Assembly: GCA_964057225.1 (NCBI GenBank)
Contig: OZ059896.1
Coordinates: 1,674,001-1,738,000 of the forward strand
Reading direction: 5' to 3'
Source: Auanema rhodensis
Taxonomy: Eukaryota; Animalia; Nematoda
Length of the DNA: 64,000 nt
Shown: piece after piece, positions 51,601-64,000 of the stretch
How positions within the stretch are numbered: position 1 is the first letter of the stretch
Layout: each line of letters opens with the position of its first letter
The notes under the pieces: generated by a model
The model's input: only the letters and a program-made list of their open reading frames with translations
Told to the model about the DNA's origin: nothing
The model's database searches: none
Translations under genes and position numbers: made by a program

Positions 51601-54600
51601 TCGATTTTCACCCTGAAGAATTAATTTTTTCGTTGAATATCATTGTCCATCGTTTTTGCCTTGAAAAAAGGAATCTAAAAACATCTACTTTTTGCTAAAT
51701 TATTCTCAAATTTTTCGAAAAAATTTTTGTCAAAATGTTTTTGGAAGCAATTTTGAGTGTACATGGAAACTCAACATACACTAATGCATCATTTTTCAAA
51801 CGATCATAACTAATTTTTGTATTTAGCTTTTCTCAATGTAGTATAGTGCATTCGATGCGGATTTTTAAGCTGCGTCGATCTGTGTTATCAGATTTGCGCT
51901 AGCTTAAAAATGCACCGAGATATCAACTGATATAAGTTCACACTTATATCCTCGATTTTCACCCTGAAGAATTAATTTTTTCGTTGAATAACATTGTCCA
52001 TCGTTTTTGCCTTGAAAAAAGGAATCTAAAAACATCTACTTTTTGCTAAATTATTTTGAAATTTTTCGAAAAAATTTTTGTCAAAATGTTTTTGGAAGCA
52101 ATTTTGAGTGTACATGGAAACTCAACATACACTAATGCATCATTTTTCAAACGATCATAACTAATTTTTGTATTCAGCTTTTTTCAATGAAGTATAGTGC
52201 ATTCGATGCGGATTTTTATGCTGCGTCGATCTGTGTTATCAGATTTGCGCTAGCTTAAAAATGCACCGAGATATCAACTGATATAAGTTTACACTTATAT
52301 CCTCGATTTTCACCCTGAAGAAATAATTTTTTCGTTGAATAACATTGTCCATCGTTTTTGCCTTGAAAAAAGGAATCTAAAAACATCTACTTTTTGCTAA
52401 ATTATTTTGAAATTTTTCGAAAAAATTTTTGTCAAAATGTTTTTGGAAGCAATTTTGAGTGTACATGGAAACTCAACATACACTAATGCATCATTTTTCA
52501 AACGATCATAACTAATTTTTGTATTCAGCTTTTTTCAATGTAGTATAGTGCATTCGATGCGGATTTTTATGCTGCGTCGATCTGTGTTATCAGATTTGCG
52601 CTAGCTTAAAAATGCACCGAGATATCAACTGATATAAGTTTACACTTATATCCTCGATTCTCACCCTGAAGAAATAATTTTTTCGTTGAATAACATTGTC
52701 CATCGTTTTTGCCTTGAAAAAAGGAATCTAAAAACATCTACTTTTTGCTAAATTATTTTGAAATTTTTCGAAAAAATTTTTGTCAAAATGTTTTTGGAAG
52801 CAATTTTGAGTGTACATGGAAACTCAACATACACTAATGCATCATTTTTCAAACGATCATAACTAATTTTTGTATTTAGCTTTTCTCAATGTAATATAGT
52901 GCATTCGATGCGGATTTTCAAGCTGCGTCGATCTGTGTTATCAGATTTGCGCTAGCTTAAAAATGCACCGAGATATCAACTGATATAAGTTCACACTTAT
53001 ATCCTCGATTTTCACCCTGAAGAATTAATTTTTTCGTTGAATAACATTGTCCATCGTTTTTGCCTTGAAAAAAGGAATCTAAAAACATCTACTTTTTGCT
53101 AAATTATTTTGAAATTTTTCGAAAAAATTTTTGTCAAAATGTTTTTGGAAGCAATTTTGAGTGTACATGGAAACTCAACATACACTAATGCATCATTTTT
53201 CAAACGATCATAACTAATTTTTGTATTAAGCGTTTTTCAATGTTGTATAGTGCATTCGATGCGGATTTTTAAGCTGCGTCGATCTGTACTATCAGATTTG
53301 CGCTAGCTTGAAAATGCACCGAGATATCAACTGATATAAGTTCACACCTATATCCTCGATTTTCACCCTGAAGAATTAATTTTTTCGTTGAATAACATTG
53401 TCTATCGTTTTTGCCTTGAAAAAAGGAATCTAAAAACATCTACTTTTTGCTAAATTATTCTCTAATTTTTCGAAAAAATTTTTGTCAAAATGTTTTTGGA
53501 AGCAATTTTGAGTGTACATGGAAACTCAACATACACTAATGCATCATTTTTCAAACGATCATAACTAATTTTTGTATTAAGCGTTTCTCAATGTAGTATA
53601 GTGCATTCGATGCGGATTTTTAAGCTGCGTCGATCTGTACTATCAGATTTGCGCTAGCTTGAAAATGCACCGAGATATCAACTGATATAAGTTCACACCT
53701 ATATCCTCGATTTTCACCCTGAAGAATTAATTTTTTCGTTGAATAACATTGTCTATCGTTTTTGCCTTGAAAAAAGGAATCTAAAAACATCTACTTTTTG
53801 CTAAATTATTCTCAAATTTTTCGAAAAAATTTTTGTCAAAATGTTTTTGGAAGCAATTTTGAGTGTACATGGAAACTCAACATACACTAATGCATCATTT
53901 TTCAAACGATCATAACTAATTTTTGTATTTAGCTTTTCTCAATGTAGTATAGTGCATTCGATGCGGATTTTTAAGCTGCGTCGATCTGTGTTATCAGATT
54001 TGCGCTAGCTTAAAAATGCACCGAGATATCAACTGATATAAGTTCACACTTATATCCTCGATTTTCACCCTGAAGAATTAATTTTTTCGTTGAATAACAT
54101 TGTCTATCGTTTTTGCCTTGAAAAAAGGAATCTAAAAACATCTACTTTTTGCTAAATTATTTTGAAATTTTTCGAAAAAATTTTTGTCAAAATGTTTTTG
54201 GAAGCAATTTTGAGTGTACATGGAAACTCAACATACACTAATGCATCATTTTTCAAACGATCATAACTAATTTTTGTATTTAGCTTTTCTCAATGTTATA
54301 TAGTGCATTCGATGCGGATTTTTAAGCTGCGTCGATCTGTGTTATCAGATTTGCGCTAGCTTAAAAATGCACCGAGATATCAACTGATATAAGTTCACAC
54401 ATATATCCTCGATTTTCACCCTGAAGAATTAATTTTTTCGTTGAATAACATTGTCCATCGTTTTTGCCTTGAAAAAAGGAATCTAAAAACAACTACTTTT
54501 TGCTAAATTATTCTCAAATTTTTCGAAAAAATTTTTGTCAAAATGTTTTTGGAAGCAATTTTGAGTGTACATGGAAACTCAACATACACTAATGCATCAT

Positions 54601-57600
54601 TTTTCAAACGATCATAACTAATTTTTGTATTTAGCTTTTCTCAATGTAGTATAGTGCATTCGATGCGGATTTTTAAGCTGCGTCGATCTGTGTTATCAGA
54701 TTTGCGCTAGCTTAAAAATGCACCGAGATATCAACTGATATAAGTTCACACTTATATTCTCGATTTTCACCCTGAAGAAATAATTTTTTCGTTGAATAAC
54801 ATTGTCCATCGTTTTTGCCTTGAAAAAAGGAATCTAAAAACATCTACTTTTTGCTAAATTATTCTCAAATTTTTCGAAAAAATTTTTGTCAAAATGTTTT
54901 TGGAAGCAATTTTGAGTGTACATGGAAACTCAACATACACTAATGCATCATTTTTCAAACGATCATAACTAATTTTTGTATTTAGCTTTTCTCAATGTAG
55001 TATAGTGCATTCGATGCGGATTTTTAAGCTGCGTCGATCTGTGTTATCAGATTTGCGCTAGCTTAAAAATGCACCGAGATATCAACTGATATAAGTTCAC
55101 ACTTATATCCTCGATTTTCACCCTGAAGAATTAATTTTTTCGTTGAATATCATTGTCCATCGTTTTTGCCTTGAAAAAAGGAATCTAAAAACATCTACTT
55201 TTTGCTAAATTATTCTCAAATTTTTCGAAAAAATTTTTGTCAAAATGTTTTTGGAAGCAATTTTGAGTGTACATGGAAACTCAACATACACTAATGCATC
55301 ATTTTTCAAACGATCATAACTAATTTTTGTATTTAGCTTTTCTCAATGTAGTATAGTGCATTCGATGCGGATTTTTAAGCTGCGTCGATCTGTGTTATCA
55401 GATTTGCGCTAGCTTAAAAATGCACCGAGATATCAACTGATATAAGTTCACACTTATATCCTCGATTTTCACCCTGAAGAATTAATTTTTTCGTTGAATA
55501 ACATTGTCCATCGTTTTTGCCTTGAAAAAAGGAATCTAAAAACATCTACTTTTTGCTAAATTATTTTGAAATTTTTCGAAAAAATTTTTGTCAAAATGTT
55601 TTTGGAAGCAATTTTGAGTGTACATGGAAACTCAACATACACTAATGCATCATTTTTCAAACGATCATAACTAATTTTTGTATTCAGCTTTTTTCAATGA
55701 AGTATAGTGCATTCGATGCGGATTTTTATGCTGCGTCGATCTGTGTTATCAGATTTGCGCTAGCTTAAAAATGCACCGAGATATCAACTGATATAAGTTT
55801 ACACTTATATCCTCGATTTTCACCCTGAAGAAATAATTTTTTCGTTGAATAACATTGTCCATCGTTTTTGCCTTGAAAAAAGGAATCTAAAAACATCTAC
55901 TTTTTGCTAAATTATTTTGAAATTTTTCGAAAAAATTTTTGTCAAAATGTTTTTGGAAGCAATTTTGAGTGTACATGGAAACTCAACATACACTAATGCA
56001 TCATTTTTCAAACGATCATAACTAATTTTTGTATTCAGCTTTTTTCAATGTAGTATAGTGCATTCGATGCGGATTTTTATGCTGCGTCGATCTGTGTTAT
56101 CAGATTTGCGCTAGCTTAAAAATGCACCGAGATATCAACTGATATAAGTTTACACTTATATCCTCGATTCTCACCCTGAAGAAATAATTTTTTCGTTGAA
56201 TAACATTGTCCATCGTTTTTGCCTTGAAAAAAGGAATCTAAAAACATCTACTTTTTGCTAAATTATTTTGAAATTTTTCGAAAAAATTTTTGTCAAAATG
56301 TTTTTGGAAGCAATTTTGAGTGTACATGGAAACTCAACATACACTAATGCATCATTTTTCAAACGATCATAACTAATTTTTGTATTTAGCTTTTCTCAAT
56401 GTAATATAGTGCATTCGATGCGGATTTTCAAGCTGCGTCGATCTGTGTTATCAGATTTGCGCTAGCTTAAAAATGCACCGAGATATCAACTGATATAAGT
56501 TCACACTTATATCCTCGATTCTCACCCTGAAGAAATAATTTTTTCGTTGAATAACATTGTCCATCGTTTTTGCCTTGAAAAAAGGAATCTAAAAACATCT
56601 ACTTTTTGCTAAATTATTTTGAAATTTTTCGAAAAAATTTTTGTCAAAATGTTTTTGGAAGCAATTTTGAGTGTACATGGAAACTCAACATACACTAATG
56701 CATCATTTTTCAAACGATCATAACTAATTTTTGTATTAAGCGTTTTTCAATGTTGTATAGTGCATTCGATGCGGATTTTTAAGCTGCGTCGATCTGTACT
56801 ATCAGATTTGCGCTAGCTTGAAAATGCACCGAGATATCAACTGATATAAGTTCACACCTATATCCTCGATTTTCACCCTGAAGAATTAATTTTTTCGTTG
56901 AATAACATTGTCTATCGTTTTTGCCTTGAAAAAAGGAATCTAAAAACATCTACTTTTTGCTAAATTATTCTCTAATTTTTCGAAAAAATTTTTGTCAAAA
57001 TGTTTTTGGAAGCAATTTTGAGTGTACATGGAAACTCAACATACACTAATGCATCATTTTTCAAACGATCATAACTAATTTTTGTATTAAGCGTTTCTCA
57101 ATGTAGTATAGTGCATTCGATGCGGATTTTTAAGCTGCGTCGATCTGTACTATCAGATTTGCGCTAGCTTGAAAATGCACCGAGATATCAACTGATATAA
57201 GTTCACACCTATATCCTCGATTTTCACCCTGAAGAATTAATTTTTTCGTTGAATAACATTGTCTATCGTTTTTGCCTTGAAAAAAGGAATCTAAAAACAT
57301 CTACTTTTTGCTAAATTATTCTCAAATTTTTCGAAAAAATTTTTGTCAAAATGTTTTTGGAAGCAATTTTGAGTGTACATGGAAACTCAACATACACTAA
57401 TGCATCATTTTTCAAACGATCATAACTAATTTTTGTATTTAGCTTTTCTCAATGTAGTATAGTGCATTCGATGCGGATTTTTAAGCTGCGTCGATCTGTG
57501 TTATCAGATTTGCGCTAGCTTAAAAATGCACCGAGATATCAACTGATATAAGTTCACACTTATATCCTCGATTTTCACCCTGAAGAATTAATTTTTTCGT

Positions 57601-58620
57601 TGAATAACATTGTCTATCGTTTTTGCCTTGAAAAAAGGAATCTAAAAACATCTACTTTTTGCTAAATTATTTTGAAATTTTTCGAAAAAATTTTTGTCAA
57701 AATGTTTTTGGAAGCAATTTTGAGTGTACATGGAAACTCAACATACACTAATGCATCATTTTTCAAACGATCATAACTAATTTTTGTATTTAGCTTTTCT
57801 CAATGTTATATAGTGCATTCGATGCGGATTTTTAAGCTGCGTCGATCTGTGTTATCAGATTTGCGCTAGCTTAAAAATGCACCGAGATATCAACTGATAT
57901 AAGTTCACACATATATCCTCGATTTTCACCCTGAAGAATTAATTTTTTCGTTGAATAACATTGTCCATCGTTTTTGCCTTGAAAAAAGGAATCTAAAAAC
58001 AACTACTTTTTGCTAAATTATTCTCAAATTTTTCGAAAAAATTTTTGTCAAAATGTTTTTGGAAGCAATTTTGAGTGTACATGGAAACTCAACATACACT
58101 AATGCATCATTTTTCAAACGATCATAACTAATTTTTGTATTTAGCTTTTCTCAATGTAGTATAGTGCATTCGATGCGGATTTTTAAGCTGCGTCGATCTG
58201 TGTTATCAGATTTGCGCTAGCTTAAAAATGCACCGAGATATCAACTGATATAAGTTCACACTTATATTCTCGATTTTCACCCTGAAGAAATAATTTTTTC
58301 GTTGAATAACATTGTCCATCGTTTTTGCCTTGAAAAAAGGAATCTAAAAACATCTACTTTTTGCTAAATTATTCTCAAATTTTTCGAAAAAATTTTTGTC
58401 AAAATGTTTTTGGAAGCAATTTTGAGTGTACATGGAAACTCAACATACACTAATGCATCATTTTTCAAACGATCATAACTAATTTTTGTATTTAGCTTTT
58501 CTCAATGTAGTATAGTGCATTCGATGCGGATTTTTAAGCTGCGTCGATCTGTGTTATCAGATTTGCGCTAGCTTAAAAATGCACCGAGATATCAACTGAT
58601 ATAAGTTCACACTTATATCC
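51601..58620. repeat. 10-monomer (3510 bp) tandem duplication
   Basis: Markers at 51640/55150, 52190/55700, 52919/56429, 53463/56973 and 54758/58268 are all 3510 bp apart. Confidence 0.88.
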
Positions 58621-60715
58621 TCGATTTTCACCCTGAAGAATTAATTTTTTCGTTGAATAACATTGTCTATCGTTTTTGCCTTGAAAAAAGGAATCTAAAA
58701 ATACCTACTTTTTGCTAAATTATTTTGAAATTTTTCGAAAAAATTTTTGTCAAAATGTTTTTGGAAGCAATTTTGAGTGTACATGGAAACTCAACATACA
58801 CTAATGCATCATTTTTCAAACGATCATAACTAATTTTTGTATTTAGCTTTTCTCAATGTTATATAGTGCATTCGATGCGGATTTTTAAGCTGCGTCGATC
58901 TGTGTTATCAGATTTGCGCTAGCTTAAAAATGCACCGAGATATCAACTGATATAAGTTCACACATATATCCTCGATTTTCACCCTGAAGAATTAATTTTT
59001 TCGTTGAATAACATTGTCTATCGTTTTTGCCTTGAAAAAAGGAATCTAAAAACATCTACTTTTTGCTAAATTATTTTGAAATTTTTCGAAAAAATTTTTG
59101 TCAAAATGTTTTTGGAAGCAATTTTGAGTGTACATGGAAACTCAACATACACTAATGCATCATTTTTCAAACGATCATAACTAATTTTTGTATTCAGCTT
59201 TTTTCAATGTAGTATAGTGCATTCGATGCGGATTTTTATGCTGCGTCGATCTGTGTTATCAGATTTGCGCTAGCTTAAAAATGCACCGAGATATCAACTG
59301 ATATAAGTTCACACATATATCCTCGATTTTCACCCTGAAGAATTAATTTTTTCGTTGAATAACATTGTCCATCGTTTTTGCCTTGAAAAAAGGAATCTAA
59401 AAACAACTACTTTTTGCTAAATTATTCTCAAATTTTTCGAAAAAATTTTTGTCAAAATGTTTTTGGAAGCAATTTTGAGTGTACATGGAAACTCAACATA
59501 CACTAATGCATCATTTTTCAAACGATCATAACTAATTTTTGTATTTAGCTTTTCTCAATGTAGTATAGTGCATTCGATGCGGATTTTTAAGCTGCGTCGA
59601 TCTGTGTTATCAGATTTGCGCTAGCTTAAAAATGCACCGAGATATCAACTGATATAAGTTCACACTTATATTCTCGATTTTCACCCTGAAGAAATAATTT
59701 TTTCGTTGAATAACATTGTCCATCGTTTTTGCCTTGAAAAAAGGAATCTAAAAACATCTACTTTTTGCTAAATTATTCTCAAATTTTTCGAAAAAATTTT
59801 TGTCAAAATGTTTTTGGAAGCAATTTTGAGTGTACATGGAAACTCAACATACACTAATGCATCATTTTTCAAACGATCATAACTAATTTTTGTATTTAGC
59901 TTTTCTCAATGTAGTATAGTGCATTCGATGCGGATTTTTAAGCTGCGTCGATCTGTGTTATCAGATTTGCGCTAGCTTAAAAATGCACCGAGATATCAAC
60001 TGATATAAGTTCACACTTATATCCTCGATTTTCACCCTGAAGAATTAATTTTTTCGTTGAATAACATTGTCTATCGTTTTTGCCTTGAAAAAAGGAATCT
60101 AAAAATACCTACTTTTTGCTAAATTATTTTGAAATTTTTCGAAAAAATTTTTGTCAAAATGTTTTTGGAAGCAATTTTGAGTGTACATGGAAACTCAACA
60201 TACACTAATGCATCATTTTTCAAACGATCATAACTAATTTTTGTATTTAGCTTTTCTCAATGTTATATAGTGCATTCGATGCGGATTTTTAAGCTGCGTC
60301 GATCTGTGTTATCAGATTTGCGCTAGCTTAAAAATGCACCGAGATATCAACTGATATAAGTTCACACATATATCCTCGATTTTCACCCTGAAGAATTAAT
60401 TTTTTCGTTGAATAACATTGTCTATCGTTTTTGCCTTGAAAAAAGGAATCTAAAAACATCTACTTTTTGCTAAATTATTTTGAAATTTTTCGAAAAAATT
60501 TTTGTCAAAATGTTTTTGGAAGCAATTTTGAGTGTACATGGAAACTCAACATACACTAATGCATCATTTTTCAAACGATCATAACTAATTTTTGTATTCA
60601 GCTTTTTTCAATGTAGTATAGTGCATTCGATGCGGATTTTTATGCTGCGTCGATCTGTGTTATCAGATTTGCGCTAGCTTAAAAATGCACCGAGATATCA
60701 ACTGATATAAGTTCA
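57900..60715. repeat. 4-monomer (1404 bp) duplication overlapping the end of the 10-mer
   Basis: TATTCTCG at 58268/59672 and AAATACCT at 58702/60106. Confidence 0.82.
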
Positions 60716-63700
60716 CACTTATATCCTCGATTTTCACCCTGAAGAAATAATTTTTTCGTTGAATAACATTGTCCATCGTTTTTGCCTTGAAAAAAGGAAT
60801 CTAAAAACATCTACTTTTTGCTAAATTATTTTGAAATTTTTCGAAAAAATTTTTGTCAAAATGTTTTTGGAAGCAATTTTGAGTGTACATGGAAACTCAA
60901 CATACACTAATGCATCATTTTTCAAACGATCATAACTAATTTTTGTATTTAGCTTTTCTTAATGTAGTATAGTGCATTCGATGCGGATTTTTAAGCTGCG
61001 TCGATCTGTGTTATCAGATTTGCGCTAGCTTAAAAATGCACCGAGATATCAACTGATATAAGTTCACACTTATATCCTCGATTTTCACCCTGAAGAATTA
61101 ATTTTTTCGTTGAATATCATTGTCCATCGTTTTTGCCTTGAAAAAAGGAATCTAAAAACATCTACTTTTTGCTAAATTATTCTCAAATTTTTCGAAAAAA
61201 TTTTTGTCAAAATGTTTTTGGAAGCAATTTTGAGTGTACATGGAAACTCAACATACACTAATGCATCATTTTTCAAACGATCATAACTAATTTTTGTATT
61301 TAGCTTTTCTCAATGTAATATAGTGCATTCGATGCGGATTTTCAAGCTGCGTCGATCTGTGTTATCAGATTTGCGCTAGCTTAAAAATGCACCGAGATAT
61401 CAACTGATATAAGTTCACACTTATATCCTCGATTTTCACCCTGAAGAATTAATTTTTTCGTTGAATAACATTGTCCATCGTTTTTGCCTTGAAAAAAGGA
61501 ATCTAAAAACATCTACTTTTTGCTAAATTATTTTGAAATTTTTCGAAAAAATTTTTGTCAAAATGTTTTTGGAAGCAATTTTGAGTGTACATGGAAACTC
61601 AACATACACTAATGCATCATTTTTCAAACGATCATAACTAATTTTTGTATTAAGCGTTTCTCAATGTTGTATAGTGCATTCGATGCGGATTTTTAAGCTG
61701 CGTCGATCTGTACTATCAGATTTGCGCTAGCTTGAAAATGCACCGAGATATCAACTGATATAAGTTCACACTTATATCCTCGATTTTCACCCTGAAGAAT
61801 TAATTTTTTCGTTGAATAACATTGTCCATCGTTTTTGCCTTGAAAAAAGGAATCTAAAAACATCTACTTTTTGCTAAATTATTTTGAAATTTTTCGAAAA
61901 AATTTTTGTCAAAATGTTTTTGGAAGCAATTTTGAGTGTACATGGAAACTCAACATACACTAATGCATCATTTTTCAAACGATCATAACTAATTTTTGTA
62001 TTTAGCTTTTCTCAATGTAGTATAGTGCATTCGATGCGGATTTTTAAGCTGCGTCGATCTGTGTTATCAGATTTGCGCTAGCTTAAAAATGCACCGAGAT
62101 ATCAACTGATATAAGTTCACACTTATATCCTCGATTTTCACCCTGAAGAATTAATTTTTTCGTTGAATAACATTGTCCATCGTTTTTGCCTTGAAAAAAG
62201 GAATCTAAAAACATCTACTTTTTGCTAAATTATTTTGAAATTTTTCGAAAAAATTTTTGTCAAAATGTTTTTGGAAGCAATTTTGAGTGTACATGGAAAC
62301 TCAACATACACTAATGCATCATTTTTCAAACGATCATAACTAATTTTTGTATTCAGCTTTTTTCAATGTAGTATAGTGCATTCGATGCGGATTTTTATGC
62401 TGCGTCGATCTGTGTTATCAGATTTGCGCTAGCTTAAAAATGCACCGAGATATCAACTGATATAAGTTTACACTTATATCCTCGATTTTCACCCTGAAGA
62501 AATAATTTTTTCGTTGAATAACATTGTCCATCGTTTTTGCCTTGAAAAAAGGAATCTAAAAACATCTACTTTTTGCTAAATTATCTTGAAATTTTTCGAA
62601 AAAATTTTTGTCAAAATGTTTTTGGAAGCAATTTTGAGTGTACATGGAAACTCAACATACACTAATGCATCATTTTTCAAACGATCATAACTAATTTTTG
62701 TATTCAGCTTTTTTCAATGTAGTATAGTGCATTCGATGCGGATTTTTATGCTGCGTCGATCTGTGTTATCAGATTTGCGCTAGCTTAAAAATGCACCGAG
62801 ATATCAACTGATATAAGTTCACACTTATATCCTCGATTTTCACCCTGAAGAAATAATTTTTTCGTTGAATAACATTGTCCATCGTTTTTGCCTTGAAAAA
62901 AGGAATCTAAAAACATCTACTTTTTGCTAAATTATTTTGAAATTTTTCGAAAAAATTTTTGTCAAAATGTTTTTGGAAGCAATTTTGAGTGTACATGGAA
63001 ACTCAACATACACTAATGCATCATTTTTCAAACGATCATAACTAATTTTTGTATTTAGCTTTTCTTAATGTAGTATAGTGCATTCGATGCGGATTTTTAA
63101 GCTGCGTCGATCTGTGTTATCAGATTTGCGCTAGCTTAAAAATGCACCGAGATATCAACTGATATAAGTTCACACTTATATCCTCGATTTTCACCCTGAA
63201 GAATTAATTTTTTCGTTGAATATCATTGTCCATCGTTTTTGCCTTGAAAAAAGGAATCTAAAAACATCTACTTTTTGCTAAATTATTCTCAAATTTTTCG
63301 AAAAAATTTTTGTCAAAATGTTTTTGGAAGCAATTTTGAGTGTACATGGAAACTCAACATACACTAATGCATCATTTTTCAAACGATCATAACTAATTTT
63401 TGTATTTAGCTTTTCTCAATGTAGTATAGTGCATTCGATGCGGATTTTTAAGCTGCGTCGATCTGTGTTATCAGATTTGCGCTAGCTTAAAAATGCACCG
63501 AGATATCAACTGATATAAGTTCACACTTATATCCTCGATTTTCACCCTGAAGAATTAATTTTTTCGTTGAATAACATTGTCCATCGTTTTTGCCTTGAAA
63601 AAAGGAATCTAAAAACATCTACTTTTTGCTAAATTATTTTGAAATTTTTCGAAAAAATTTTTGTCAAAATGTTTTTGGAAGCAATTTTGAGTGTACATGG

Positions 63701-64000
63701 AAACTCAACATACACTAATGCATCATTTTTCAAACGATCATAACTAATTTTTGTATTTAGCTTTTCTCAATGTAGTATAGTGCATTCGATGCGGATTTTT
63801 AAGCTGCGTCGATCTGTGTTATCAGATTTGCGCTAGCTTAAAAATGCACCGAGATATCAACTGATATAAGTTCACACTTATATCCTCGATTTTCACCCTG
63901 AAGAATTAATTTTTTCGTTGAATAACATTGTCCATCGTTTTTGCCTTGAAAAAAGGAATCTAAAAACATCTACTTTTTGCTAAATTATTTTGAAATTTTT

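Larger units (their letters stand above)
1..64000. repeat. Tandem satellite DNA array, 351-bp monomer, ~182.3 copies, single orientation
   Basis: TCGATTTTCACCCTGAAG recurs at 1, 352, 703 ... 7021 (1+20x351), 14041. After a net +3 bp of indels it recurs at 30541, 37561, 44581, 51601, 58621 and 63886. Copies differ at only a few percent of sites. No non-satellite sequence was seen. Confidence 0.99.
39316..64000. repeat. Right sub-array dominated by recombinant 'C' haplotype
   Basis: Most copies read GTAGTATAG..GTCGATCTGTGTTAT..CTTAAAAA with ATTTAGC or ATTCAGC at offsets 221-227. There are no indels from 29.2 kb to the end, since the register stays an exact multiple of 351. Confidence 0.88.

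Noticed and set aside
1-64000. CRISPR array
   Set aside because: There are no unique spacers. The entire 351-bp unit is repeated and there are no cas genes.

Overview
The whole 64 kb window is one uninterrupted head-to-tail array of an AT-rich 351-bp satellite monomer: 182 complete copies plus a 115-bp partial copy. By hand count, copy 1 is about 31% GC. I find no protein-coding genes, RNA genes, transposon insertions, inversions or CRISPR spacers. It looks like eukaryotic centromeric or pericentromeric satellite DNA, but I cannot assign a species or named family. The structure of interest lies inside and between monomers. (i) Each monomer carries a 67-nt inverted repeat with up to 29 pairs, plus smaller hairpins. 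(ii) An almost invariant ~78-bp core sits next to a hypervariable block. (iii) Two 7-SNP haplotypes (A and B) occupy the left half and are replaced across ~31-39 kb by an A/B recombinant lineage. (iv) Local higher-order duplications of 2, 3, 4, 5, 9, 10 and 15 monomers occur instead of one fixed HOR. Offsets are counted from the monomer start TCGATTTTCACC (copy 1 = positions 1-351). All variant calls were made by eye, so rare variants may have been missed.
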